Positions 1 to 16,641 of a stretch of DNA of 64,000 nucleotides are shown piece by piece. The translations under genes and the position numbers were made by a program. The notes under the pieces are model-generated. The model was not told the origin of the DNA. It worked only from the letters and a program-made list of their open reading frames with translations, and did not search any database. The DNA lies in the NCBI RefSeq assembly GCF_009914755.1, contig NC_060930.1; one strand, given 5' to 3'. This DNA comes from the human T2T-CHM13v2.0 reference genome, Homo sapiens. Position 1 is the stretch's first letter. The number at the start of each line of letters is the position of its first letter.

Positions 1-553
1 TGCTGAGTTGTTAAATAAGGAGCATTAAAACAAACCTTCTATTGAAGGGCACAAATCATGGTGTGGAACTTGATGAATTTTCCCAAAGTGAACACACCAT
101 GTAATGAGGATGGTAATAAGTTTAAGAAAAGTCTCTGATGGCCTGAGCTTTCCTAAGCCTTCTCGCCCGTTATCCTTCAGATGACCCACCTAGTGCCTTC
201 TGACCACCATCTGCCGGCTAGTTCTGTAGGGTCTGGTTGGCCTGCCCTGCCCTCCTGCTCCTTCCCCCAGATGGGATGCCTGGGGTTAGAGAGACTGGCT
301 CTTTGTTCCCAGTCCTGCCTGCATTTCAGTAGATGGTAAGAAGAGAGACACAGGATGCTGTATTTCCACTCTCCCTTAAATGGTCTTCTCTTGGGGCTAG
401 TTGGAGGTGGGATACATGATGCAGAGAAGGTGCTGCGCCAAGCACTGTGTGCGTGCTCCCTTTGCTTTCGGTCTCTGTTCAACAAAGTATTGAAACTACT
501 AAGACAATGCTGATATCAGAAGCTGGTACGAAAAAGCACTGTGTTTTTGATTA

Positions 554-1210
<657 letters not shown>

Positions 1211-2396
1211 TGTCTCTTAAAAAGAAAAAAAAATATGTTTTGGTCCCATGAGAAAGTTTTGATGACCAGAATTGTGCTTTCATCCCCCTTTAGCAGTAAT
1301 CAAGCCCACTCCACCCCTTTCTCTGTCTTCCCCTGAGTCTGAGATGTAAGAAATTTCTTGAGATCTTGCATGGGTCTTGTCTGGAAGACAAAATGCTGAT
1401 GGCCATGGTGGGGAGGAGGTGGCCTCCTGAGGAGTACGAGAAGGTTCTTTGTCTGCACTGAAATTTCCCAGAAGTTTGGATAGCTAGGTAAAAGTTGCCA
1501 GAAGTGGGGTATAGGTCTGGGGGGATTAGGTTTTGTTGGACCTCATGCTCTTACAATTTGAATGGGAATGGGCGTTGGGGGCTGGGGGGTGGTTGGTGGG
1601 GGGGCTCTTAAAAAAATACAAAAAGATCTTTCTTCTGACTGCATTGTTGGGGCCCTTCCCAGAACCATAGGAGGGGCCCTGAAGCTTAAGCTTCATGAGT
1701 TTAATGTAACTTGTCTCTTCCTAAATAAGAGGCAGAATAAAGCAGGGTGTGCCTGTGGCAGACTACTTACTGCCTCTAAGCTTTATGCTCAGAAGCAAAA
1801 AGAGTTGGAAAAGTGTGTTACATTCAGAAGACTTGACAAGTAGCTAGGAAGCGCCTAGGCACGGAAAATGGTTTATGCAGTTGAAACTCAACTATAGTTC
1901 CTGTTTAATGTAACCATTTTTTCCAAACTTCAATTTGGCAATAATTTGTACTGTAATTTGTTATTACAAAGTGACCCTTGACCAAAACCAATTAACTTTG
2001 AATTTCTTGCCTAGACTGTTACATTATGAAGTTTTAGAGGCATTTTCTGAGAAATTATATGAAATTTCCATGTTAATTAGGACCTTGAGGTATCCTTGTG
2101 TCAAAGAAGATGCATAATCTTCTCTTCTTTGGCAATTACTTTCTCATCTTTCCCCCTCTCTGATTAGTCTTCATAGCTGTTTCCCTATTCAGATAAATAC
2201 TTCATCAATCAGGGTTTAGAATAATCTCATTACTTTTGGGAATTCTTCCATGTGGCTCAGGGCTGTAATGGAGCTGTTAGGGGAGCCATTATCATTGAAA
2301 GCACCACTTAGTGACCAGATGGCCCCATTGGAAGCAACTTGCCGAATGTCAGGGAAGAAGACATTTAATGAAGCCTAACAGCCTAACACAAGCTGA

Positions 2397-2864
<468 letters not shown>

Positions 2865-4278
2865 TGAGTGTCATTCTTTGTCATAAGAGAATTTATTATA
2901 ATGAGGGAGCTGGGTACTTGTAATGCCTGATGGAGGAGGGCAGCCACCATTCAGGGTTTTCAGCTCAGGCAAGTTCCCTATTTTTTTTTGGATGTAGATT
3001 TCAGTGTCCACACTGCCCATTGTTCTAAGTGCCAGGGGCTCTTGGATATGCTTGCCAAACTCATTGGCTTCTTGGACAAAGCCAGAATTTGGATCCTAAA
3101 TTAAAGGTGAAAAACAAGTCTCTAAACTCATTAAGCTCCATTACCATTCAAGTAGGGCTTTTGTACAGTTTCTGACCACTTGAGTTATAGAAAATGATTG
3201 AAAGATTTTTGTTTTTTCCCCCCAGGGGCTGGGGGAGAACTTCATAAAACTTGTTCATGTCTGTGGTGAATTGAAAGTTGCTCTACTTATTTTAGTCCTT
3301 GGAGAAATGAGATTTAATGGGGGTTCAAACTGTGTTTTTCTAAGTGTGACAGTCATTTCCATGGGTTTGAGTTTTGCCAAATTATTTTTGGCTGGCTTCA
3401 TACTCACTCCAAAGAAAAAGAGTGTGGTGGAAAAAGCAATATTGAGAGCGAGTAAAACAAGGAAGAATTCTGTATTGTTCTGAATTTCTGAGTGTGATCA
3501 GCAAAAGAAAAAGGAATTAAAAAAAGAAGAAAGTCTTACAAAAATTAGTTGTCACGTTCATGTCACAGCTTTGATTTGATCACAGTTGTTTATAGACAGA
3601 TGCCTAAAATTCATGAACTTTATTACCTGTGAATACTTGGTAAACACTCTTTAGCCCTAAGTTCTTAAAACACTTTAGTTAATATATGAAAAATAAGATT
3701 TGTTTTACAGTGAGCTCCGTAGGTTTTCTCTCTTCATCTGAGGTGTTCGCGTTGCCAGTGCGATGTAGACCCAATTAGGTCAGTTTGGAAATTTTTATTT
3801 TTAGCATGAGAGGAAAATAAGTGGTCTGCTGGCACCTACTTGCTTTCAGATAAATTTACAAATAGCCTTAGTTGAAACAGTTTTGTATTGGAATCTGTTC
3901 CCTCACTCTGGCAGGCTGGCTCAAAGCCAGCGTTGCAGTTTTACTCGACTTCCCATCCTCCAACCAGACTTTTTTTCTTTTTTTTTAATCTTTGAGTGTT
4001 TGTTCTTTATGGGAGAGGAAAGCCTTTTCCTGTGGCCTCCTGGCTGGTGTGCTCTGGTCCTGTTGTAGGGGTTGTGGACTGTTGCACCCGGTCCCTTTCA
4101 GGCGGCTGCCTCAGGTGTCATAATCCTCATTCCGCTACACCACCGCAGACCCGCCCCCGCCCCCAGGAACAACACAGGTTGTTCTTGGAGCCAATACTAG
4201 AAACCTGTCTTCCAGGGCTTGGTAAGTTTGGCCTATGCAACTTCCAAAGCCCATCCCTTAATTTAAATTGCAAGCAGG

Positions 4279-4556
4279 GGCTGGGCACGGTGGCTCTTGC
4301 CTGTAAGGCTGAGGCGGGCGGATCACCTGAGGTCTGGAGTTTGAGACCAGCCTGGGCAACATGGCGAAACCCCATCTCTACTAAAAATACAAAAATTAGC
4401 CAGGCATGGTGGGACCTGTAGTCCCAGCTTACTCGGGAGGCTGAGGCCAGAGAATCAATCACTTGAACCCCGGAGGCGGAGGTTGCTGTGAGCTGGGATC
4501 GCGCCGCTGCAGTCCAGCCTGTGTGACAGAGTGAGACTCTGTCTCAAATAAATAAT
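4279..4556 (+). mobile_element. AluS with a short left-arm deletion
   Basis: Dimer lacking the tcccagcactttggg segment; TSD gcaagcagg. Confidence 0.9.
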
Positions 4557-4609
4557 AGCAAGCAGGATCCATTGGTCAATCCATTCTGTCAAGGAACTTA
4601 AGGAGATGA

Positions 4610-4885
4610 AAATTGTATATATTTTATGGTGTACAATGTACTGTTTATACATATATATACATACATTGTGGAGCGGCTAAATAATATATGCATTACCTCA
4701 AATACTTATTTTTTGCGGTGAGAACGCTGAAAATCTACTCTCAGCATTTTTCAAGTATACAACACATTGTTAGTAACTATAGTTTCCATGTTGTACAATA
4801 GAGCTCTTGAACTTACTCCTCCCGTCTAATTGGACTTTTCTTTGAGCACCATCTCCTCAATCTTCCCTCCCTCCAGCCTCCCTCA
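4610..4885 (-). mobile_element. L1MA/MB 3' end
   Basis: aaaatctactctcagc...aactatagt...tgtacaatagagctcttgaactt motif of L1M 3'UTR. Confidence 0.75.
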
Positions 4886-4929
4886 GTTACTTTACTTATA
4901 TAATAGTAGTAGTAATCGTCATGATAATT

Positions 4930-5135
4930 ACTTTGTGTGAGCACCTGCTGAGTGCCAGTTACTGTTTTCAAGTTCTTCATTTGCATAATTTTATTATGAC
5001 GCTGGGGGGATGCATTATGACCTCTGTGATGCAGGTGAGGAAGATGAGATTCCAAAAGGATAAGAAACTTACTAAGAGTTACATAGATGGGAAGAGGTTG
5101 GAAGTGGATTTAAATCAGATTCTGCTGACTGTGCA
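4930..5135 (-). mobile_element. MIR
   Basis: Degenerate core gcaggtgaggaagatgag...ggatttaaatcag. Confidence 0.6.
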
Positions 5136-5194
5136 CTCACCTGCTGCCCTCTGTGCCTTCCACAGAGCCAGGGGGCTTTTAGAGATCATCTCAT

Positions 5195-5714
<520 letters not shown>

Positions 5715-6485
5715 TCAGTTTTCAGAAGAATCTGAAGCCCATCAATTTCTTGCAGGTTAATCAGCTACTTAGTTACAAGCGGGGACTTGACCCTCAATCT
5801 TCTGACAGCTCCCTTGGTCTCTTCTTATTCCTGACAATCAAGTCTAGATACAGGAAACTTCATCCGAGAGGCTTCTTACCCCATAGTGTACACATGCCAC
5901 TGGGTACCTGAGGGCCATGGCATAGTTTTGAAGGATTGCAGAAAATCAGATGGTTGTAATACGATCTTGTGGATATTGGCCAAAACATGAATATGTTACA
6001 GTAAATGTGAAGCTTGCCTTAGATTATATCCCTATATATGTTCACAAATATGATAGTAGTTTGTATGACTCTTCCTGCCTGCTAGTTTGTTCACATATCT
6101 GTCATCATCAACATAGCCAGTGAAAGTTTCACTGTTTTTCACAGAAGATAAATACAAGAGGTCACTCGTCCTGCCCAGTCACACAGGTTGTTCCTGGAGC
6201 CAAGACTAGAAGCCAGGTGTTCTCATTCACGATTTGGTTCTCTTGCCACGGGATCACGCAGCTATCTTTGATTTCTAGGGCACACGATAGGACCATACTG
6301 CAGAGTCCTTTTGGGTGTAGAGATGACCATTGAGGATGCTGCATTCATACAACTGGACTGTTTTTTATTCGTTTAGCTGAACCCTGTCTGAACATCTTTG
6401 GTCAGCTGGGGAAACTTTCTTCATGTATAATTTTTCTTCTCTTCCTATTATTGTCTTAGTTAGCTGCTTTTGAAACTCATCTTGT

Positions 6486-6790
6486 GGCCAGGTGCAGTGG
6501 CTTACGCCTGTAATCTCAGCACTTTGGGAGGCAGAGGTGGGTGGATCATGAGGTCAGGAGTACGAGACCAGCCTGGCCAACATGGTGAAACCCCGTCTCT
6601 ACTAAAAATACAAAAATTACCTGAGTGTGGTGGCAGGTGCCTGTAATTCCAGCTACTTGGGAGGCTGAGGCAGAATTGTTTGAACCCGGGAGGCAGAGAC
6701 TGCTGTGAGCCGAGATTGCACCACCGCACTCCAGCCACGGTGCACTCCAGCCTGGGCGACAGAGCAAGACTCTGTCTCGAAAAAAAAAAA
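6486..6790 (+). mobile_element. AluS
   Basis: Dimer; TSD ctcatctt. Confidence 0.92.
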
Positions 6791-6989
6791 TAGCTCATCT
6801 TATGTCTCCGAATATATTATCCCTCTCTATTAACTTTGTGTTTTGCTCTCTGTTTTTCAGTGTTATCTTTCAGATCACAGCTTTGGTATTTAGCACGGTG
6901 CATTTTATTTCTCCGATCCATTGGTGTTTCTTTTCATCTTTTGTTTTAAATTTCTTTTTTTCTTTTTCTCTTACTGAAAGCCCTTTTTC

Positions 6990-7310
6990 TTTTTCTTTTT
7001 CTTTTTTTTTTTTTTTTTGAGACGGAGTCTAGCACTGTTGCCTGGGCTGGAGTGCAGTGGCGCGATCTCGGCTCACTGCAGCCTCTGCCCACTGCAACCT
7101 CTGCCTTCCGTGTTCACACGATTCTCCTGCCTCGGCCTCCGTAGTAGCTGGGATTGCAGGCGCACACCACCACACCTGGCTTTTTGTAGTTTTAGTAGAG
7201 ATGGGGTTTCATTATGTTGGCCAGATTGGTCTCAAACTCCTGACCTCGTGATCCACCCATCTTGGCCTCCCAAAATGCTGGGATTACAGGTGTGAGCCAC
7301 CACGCCCGGC
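6990..7310 (-). mobile_element. AluS
   Basis: Dimer; TSD gaaagcccttttt. Confidence 0.92.
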
Positions 7311-7881
7311 AGAAAGCCCTTTTTCTATGCTGTTTTCTTCAAAACAGCTTGGTCTTACTTTATGGGCACATTTTTCTCGAGTTTTTCTTAAAATACTTAT
7401 TAGAATTTTTTTTAAGTTGTCTTCTGTTCCATAAATTGTTTCCTTTGTTCTGTTTGTTCATTATGGCCATTTTCTTTCGAACATGAAAGAAATGGGTTTT
7501 CCTCAAATAAGTTGTGATTTTAGGTGGTTGGTTTGTTTTACTGAATTAAGAACTCCATAGATAAATTGGGAGGGTTCCATTTGATCTTCTCTGTAGTTGT
7601 GGAGTTTCCAAAGTAGGGCTGTGTGAGTAGCAGGCAGGCCCTCCTTGCCTCTGCAGTGGTTGAAGACAGCGGGTGGTGCCACAGTGCTTTTACCCCTGTG
7701 GGGAGCCGCCCTTTGTGTGGAGGTTCAGAACTACCCTTAACTCTTCTCCAACTTTCTCACTCATATTTTTTTCTTGGACATAGTGCCCTCTTTTTTTTTT
7801 TTTTTTTTTTTTTTGGTTTTTGTTCGTTTGTTTTAGCCATAGCCAGTGGGTACAACCTACTGCTGTGGTGCCCAGCTTTAA

Positions 7882-8587
<706 letters not shown>

Positions 8588-9126
8588 CTTTGCTCTATCT
8601 TAACAGACAGGGAGAATTGGATCGCAAGGAACCTGCTCACATACTGTTCTGGGGTTTGACTTCCAGGAGCTTCTGTGCTTCTCTGGGAACTCCCTCCTGA
8701 TCCCTCTGTGCCTCTCTCGGGGAGACAGAGAGACCTTACTACCTGCAGGAGAGGCCACCTGTCTGTGTGGCAGCTGCCCCTCCCAGACTTGCCACTGCCT
8801 CTTGGGTTTTGATTTGCTGCTGTTGTTTATTCTTGTTGGAAGCTCAGTGTGAGATGAGAGATGCAGGTCGGAATTGGAGAATTTTGCAGATACATCTATG
8901 GAGATGCCTTTTATTCAGATTTGTGAAGATATATGTTTGGGGTAAGGAAGCGAGAGGGAAAGAGTTGAGGATTCCAAAGTTTCAGGTTTGGTCTGGGGCC
9001 AGGACAGAAAACGTCTTTAATGTGCTTTTTTAATCCCGCCTATGTAGTGTTTGTTCCCCTCAGCGTTTCCTTGTCCCATACTCATCCAGAAGGCAGCAGT
9101 CCCTGATTGTCCAGCACCTGAAGTTC

Positions 9127-9448
<322 letters not shown>

Positions 9449-9603
9449 TAAGCCTTAAACGTGACTTAGTGAGGAGGAGAAATCCTATCGCCACACCACC
9501 TCTTCTTTCTTCTCACAAACCTTTGGAAAAGCCCATTGATGTCTTGAAACACCCTGTTTAAAGAGGACAGAAAGCACTTTCCCTTCTAAGGCAGGGGTGG
9601 GGG

Positions 9604-9673
<70 letters not shown>

Positions 9674-9684
9674 GAGAGAGCGAG
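9604..9684 (+). repeat. (GA)n microsatellite, interrupted
   Basis: ~80 bp of GA dinucleotides. Confidence 0.95.
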
Positions 9685-9879
9685 CGCACAGAAGACTTGA
9701 GTGAGGACCCCCAGGTGCTCCCACTACTTTTTCTCTCTTCACTTCGGGGAGGGAAACAAAAGGAACAAATAGGAGGACCTTGCAAGTGAATGCAAAAGGG
9801 TATAGACTCTGCCAGTGCTGACCGCTGGGTCCTGTAGGGCTGAATGGTAAGCACTGATGTCAGTGGGCCTCAGCAAGGG

Positions 9880-10327
<448 letters not shown>

Positions 10328-10699
10328 AAGGGTCATTTTAAAATATGGATTGTATGTTTTGCCACTGTCCTTTGTAACAAGATATTATTTGGAGCAGAAC
10401 ATACACAGAGAAGAAAACAGCAAACGAGTAAACAAGGCTGCAAGGACAAGTGTGGCCGTGGAAGGAAGAGGACGGAGCAAGAGAAGGGAGAATGGGGGTC
10501 AGGGGTGTCCTGGGATAAAGAAGTCGGGATTCAGCCTAGAGTGGCAGGCCTGGTGGCTTGAGGATGAGGAAGGTGGAGTGAAGGAGACTCGGGAGGCCGC
10601 ATTAGGACTGTGGGAGAATTTGGTTTGAAATATTCCAGAATAATATTTTCATAGTGTGGTCAATGGTGCAACAAAGAAACAAACTCAGTGCATGTTTGA

Positions 10700-11035
<336 letters not shown>

Positions 11036-12097
11036 TTAATCCACTCTTTGAAAGGGAGCACGGCCCCTGTTTAAACACAAAACCAGAGGCTGTGCTTTGA
11101 TTCGAACCTAGCTACCAAATGCACATGCGGAAGTGGGCTGGGGCCTTTTATCATGTGACCTCCAGGAACTCTTGCCATGGATGCGGAGCACAGTGAGAGC
11201 CATTGCTGCTTGTCACCTTCCTGGGTGAGAGGGTTCGACGGTTAATGGCCTCCGTGGTGGTCAGGAGGGAGTGTGTTTTCACAGAAGGCTGGTTCTGCAG
11301 GTCATTCATACCTGGACTTTATTGCAGCCTTAAAATAAAATTAGATAATGGAAATTGGCTCTGTTTAGTCTCTGTTTTCCTAATTTTTGCCCACTGAGTT
11401 GCCAAGCTTGCTCATTAGCAATGGGTCATTAGTGCTGTAGTAACTGTGACTTGGCTGGTTCTGGAAAGTTTGTCTGACTTTACTTGCAGCTAAGTCTTGG
11501 CGTGCCTGCTGCATTAACAGCGGCTAACCTTATTCTGAGGGTACATTTTACCAGTCTGTTCTAACCCCATGTTTCATAATTGTTAAAATGGTTCTAATTT
11601 GAAATAATAGCAGTCCTTAATTAAGAAAAACTTGGTGTAAATGGTTAGTTAGAAAGGAAAATAGGGTAGTTGACTTCAGGGCAAGGAAGATACTTTCATT
11701 TAAAACTTTCCTTTTAAATTACAAAAGTATCTTTTTTTTTCCAGAAAAAGAATGTGGTAGTTATAGGCAAAAATGTATCTGAAATACATGTCATGATAAG
11801 AGAAATAGCACCATGATGAAAGTTTGAGTTGGATAAAAGCTGAGTAGTTATTGATAGTCTTGGCAGTAGGACTTTTGCAGCTCACCGCTTACCTTCTCTC
11901 TGAAAGTTGAGAGTACAAATATTTTTGCTTTAGGTTCAGAGTAAGTGAGGCTGAAACTAAAATTCTCAGAAGGTAAGAGATTTCATTTTTTTCTCATCAC
12001 ATAAAATGGATCCTCCTGGTAATAATTTATCTCAACAATATTTATTTTTGTTTTTTCAATAATTGATTTTGACATTAGAATTTAGACAGTATTGGCA

Positions 12098-12259
12098 TGG
12101 GATTACTGGTGCTCGCCACCATGCCTGACTAATTTTTGTATTTTTAATAGAGACTGGGTTTCACCATGTTGGCCAGGCTGGTCTCGTGACCTCAAGTGAT
12201 CCACCTGCCTCAGCCTCCCAAAGTGCTGGGATTACAGGTGTGAGCCACCACAACTGGCC
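12098..12259 (-). mobile_element. Alu fragment (left arm plus start of right arm, no tail)
   Basis: Partial Alu. Confidence 0.88.
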
Positions 12260-13554
12260 TCAGTATATTTAAAATCAAAACAATGACTTTGGAGCTGGTG
12301 CTGGCCTAACTTCTTGAGGGAAGGTCTTGTGAAGAACGGTATTCTAAGCTGTAGGTGTCAAACCACATCCTGCTGCTGACTTCTTTCATTTATGGATCAT
12401 GTCACCATCTCAAAAAATTAGTCATGGTCTGGATATAGACTGAGACAATCCTTTTGAAAAGAAAGAAACATGCTCTCAGGAGCCTGAGCTCCTGTCTGCT
12501 TACTGGAGGGGTCACACCTGCAGCCACACGAGAGGCTGAGAGGCTGCGTGCTTTCCTAGCTTCTCATTTCCTTGCAGTGACCTAAGAAGCTTCGTGGTCA
12601 GCCGCATTGGCCAGAGATCCTCAAACACTGTTCCACCCAGTCTGTGATTAGGTCTTCAGTGAGTGAGTGTCCGTGGGTAAGCCTTTCTGCTTTTACAGTG
12701 GTGTCTTTTTCTAAATGTACAACTTTGTTCTTATTTGAATTAGTGTAGGCATCTATTTTATTCCTTACCCAGATGTCCCATTCTAGTCAGTCTTGCTGCC
12801 TGGACCTATTCCTTAGAGTCCCCCATCTCTCTTGGGCATTGTTGTATTCATTGGCCTATCTAATCACCATAGTTGTTCTCAAGATGTAACAGAATTTTAT
12901 CAACTTCCGTTCTCTTCATTTCTTTTTCTGCATCCTGAGTTAAATAATTAAAGTGTTTGACACAGAGCAAAGGGATTGGAAAGAAGGTGGCCCTGACTGG
13001 TACCTAGTGGGCCTGGAGCAAAGAAAAGCTGGTTTTTTGGTTCTGATTGAGAACAAGCTGGGAAGTAGGGGAAGGTTTGACATGGCAAGTCTAAGAGAGT
13101 AGGTGGAAAGCAAACATGGAAACGGAAGCACTTGGTCTCCAGTGGAGAATAAGAAGAATGGAGATGGTGGGTCTCAGAGGCCAAGTCCGGAAGGCACAGC
13201 GCGTAATGGAAAGGGAGAGCTTTGTGCAGAGCTTGTGCCCTGGGAGCAGAGCCCGCTTACTCCCATCCATGGGTGCCCGTGATTTGAGCGCATCATACGT
13301 GCTGGGTGCAGTAGCAGGCCCAATACATTTGTTACTTTGAATCTTTTAAACATTTCAAGGTAGGTTTTATTCTCCACATTTATTTTCCTTAGAGAAGGAA
13401 AGAATCTTAGTAACTTGCCCAAGGGTAAAAATGCACTGTTAATAATGAGTAGGCCAGGACGGAGACCCAAATCCACCTGGTTCCAAAACCTTCATTCTTT
13501 CTTCTAAGCCATTGCGTTTCCTGTAAGTCTGCTTGCAAGATATTTTTGGCCTAA

Positions 13555-13873
<319 letters not shown>

Positions 13874-14359
13874 GGCTGTGGCTTTTTTCTAACAAATGAT
13901 TTCTGAAATCTCCCCTCTTTTAAAGACCTTAGCAAACGTTTAAAATGAGGTAGCAGTTTCCCCAAGCCTGTTCAATTTAGAGGTAGCTTCCAAAACTCAC
14001 CTAGCAGTTACCACTATGGAAAGTTGATCTCCTTTAGCACTTGTTACCTGTGGTCTCTGTGGGAAGGAAGAAGAGGTAGGTGGGAAGAGAAGAGAAGGGC
14101 AGTGGGAGAAGAATGTATTAACTATTTAGTGCTGCTATACATACTTCATGAAGATGCAAAACAAAAATGCAGAATCTAATAAAACCACCAAGGAGTTATC
14201 TATCGTGATTTTACTTTTACTTGTACCATTAGCATAATATCAATGATTTATTTATATTTTAGGTGGCAAAATAATATTTCATATTAACATACAATTTGAA
14301 ATTATATACAAGTTACTTGATATATTAGTTATAGGCAGAACTCTTTGATATCCTGATTA

Positions 14360-14782
<423 letters not shown>

Positions 14783-15279
14783 TTAGCCATACGTTTTATG
14801 GTAGAAGTAAATCTTAGGAAAATATTACATAAGTTCCATAAATGCTAGGACCATGTTTGTTTTGTTGACTGCTATTAATTTAGAATCTAGGAGAATTGCG
14901 TTATTAATGAGTATCTGTTGAATGAATGTGTATGAATAAATCAAATTTGTTTCTTAAAGCAACGTGCAGGGTATATCCTAGTATTGCAGATTCATTCCAA
15001 TATTTCGTACTTTTTATGATATAATAGGATAAAAATGGACCATTATGACTTTGAGCATCCAAAGTACTGAAACATTAAGGAAATATTAATATTTAGAAAG
15101 TTTAGATAGTAAGAATACAAGTGTTTATTAAGACATTACAGTAAAGTATATATTTGCAGAAAGAGCAAAGGAGGAAGGCAACAGATAGGTAAGATGGTGG
15201 CATTTGGAGGAATTGGATTTCTGGATAAGGGGGTACGTGGGAGCTTTTTAAACTATTCTTGCCACCTGTTTTCTGTTTT

Positions 15280-15706
15280 TGTCTCGTCACGTTGCCTAGG
15301 CTGCTCTTGAACTCTTGATCTCATGCGATCCTCCTGCTTTGGCCTCCCAAAGACTTGGGATTATAGGCGTGAGCCACCGCTCCTGGCCTATTCTTGCAGC
15401 TTTTTTTTTTTTTTTTTTTAAATTTAGACAGAGTCTTGCCCCGTCGTCCAGGCTGGAGTGCAGTGTCACAATCTCAGCTCACTCAGCCTCCCTCTCCCAG
15501 GTTCAAGAGATTCTCATGCCTCAGCCTCCCGAGTAGCTGGGATTGCAGGCATGTGCCACCATGCCCAGCTAATTTTTGTATTTTTAGTAGAGACGGAGTT
15601 TTGCCATGTTGGCCAGGCTGGTCTCGAACTCCTGACCTCAAGTGATTCGCCTGCCTCAGCTTCCCAAAGTACTGGGATTACAGGAATGAGCCACTACGCC
15701 TGGCCT
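15280..15706 (-). mobile_element. FLAM/left monomer (~15280-15388) plus AluS (~15400-15706)
   Basis: Antisense monomer and dimer. Confidence 0.88.
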
Positions 15707-15830
15707 AGCAAACACCCTTTTGATTATGATTTGTAATCCATGTTTATCTGCTGTGCAACTCACACTGGTGCAAATAACCTTGCCTGCTGGAGGGTTACAC
15801 TTTTTATAGTCAGCATTAAAACACTGTTAG

Positions 15831-16133
15831 GGTCAGGTGTGGTGACTCTTGCCTGTAATCCCAGCACTTTGGGAGGCTGAGGCGGGCAGATCACCTGAGA
15901 TCAGGAGTTTGAGACCAACCAACATGGTGAATCCCTGTCTCTACTAAAAATACAAAATCTAGCCAGGCATGGTGGCAGGCACCTGTAGTCCCAGCTGCTT
16001 GGGAGGCTGAGGCCGGAGACTCGTTTGAACCTGGGAGGCGGAAGTGTCAGTAAGCTGAGATGGCACCACTGCACTGCAGCCTTGGGTGACAGAGCGAGAC
16101 TGCATCTCACAAACAAAACAAAACAAAACAAAA
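15831..16133 (+). mobile_element. AluS with (CAAAA)n tail
   Basis: Dimer; TSD cactgtt. Confidence 0.92.
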
Positions 16134-16502
16134 ACCACTGTTGGTCTCTGTGAGCTTGGTTATGTGCATCCCCCCTGAGAGGCACTCGTACTCTGTGCAC
16201 TGATGTCATTTGTCCTCTAATCCTTCTCACCTTACAGGTGACAGCCATGCTCTGGTTGGTGGGGAATTCAGTAGGATGATGGCGTCCAATGAAGCCTCTT
16301 TGATGAAAGCTGCTTTTTAAAGCAATTACTGTCTCTTGGCACTAAGTAATAGTCAGCGACAATCTCAGATATAGAAATTAGGTGAGGGGGAAGAAGGAAA
16401 TTAGTATGTGAGAAAGAAGAAAGGGAATTGGGAAATTATTTGGTAGAGGCATGCCATGAGTATTTACAATGAGAGGGATTTCTATTCTGTAGAAGTACAG
16501 AG

Positions 16503-16506
<4 letters not shown>

Positions 16507-16533
<27 letters not shown>

Positions 16534-16641
16534 TTGAGACAGAGTCTCACTCTGTTGCCAGGCTGGAGTGCAGTGGCTAGATCTTGGCTCACTGCAACCT
16601 CCCGCCCCCTGGGTTCAAGTGATTCTCCTGCCTCAGCCTCC
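16507..16641 (-). mobile_element. 5'-truncated Alu right arm
   Basis: Perfect 17-bp TSD tagaagtacagagtttt. Confidence 0.92.
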
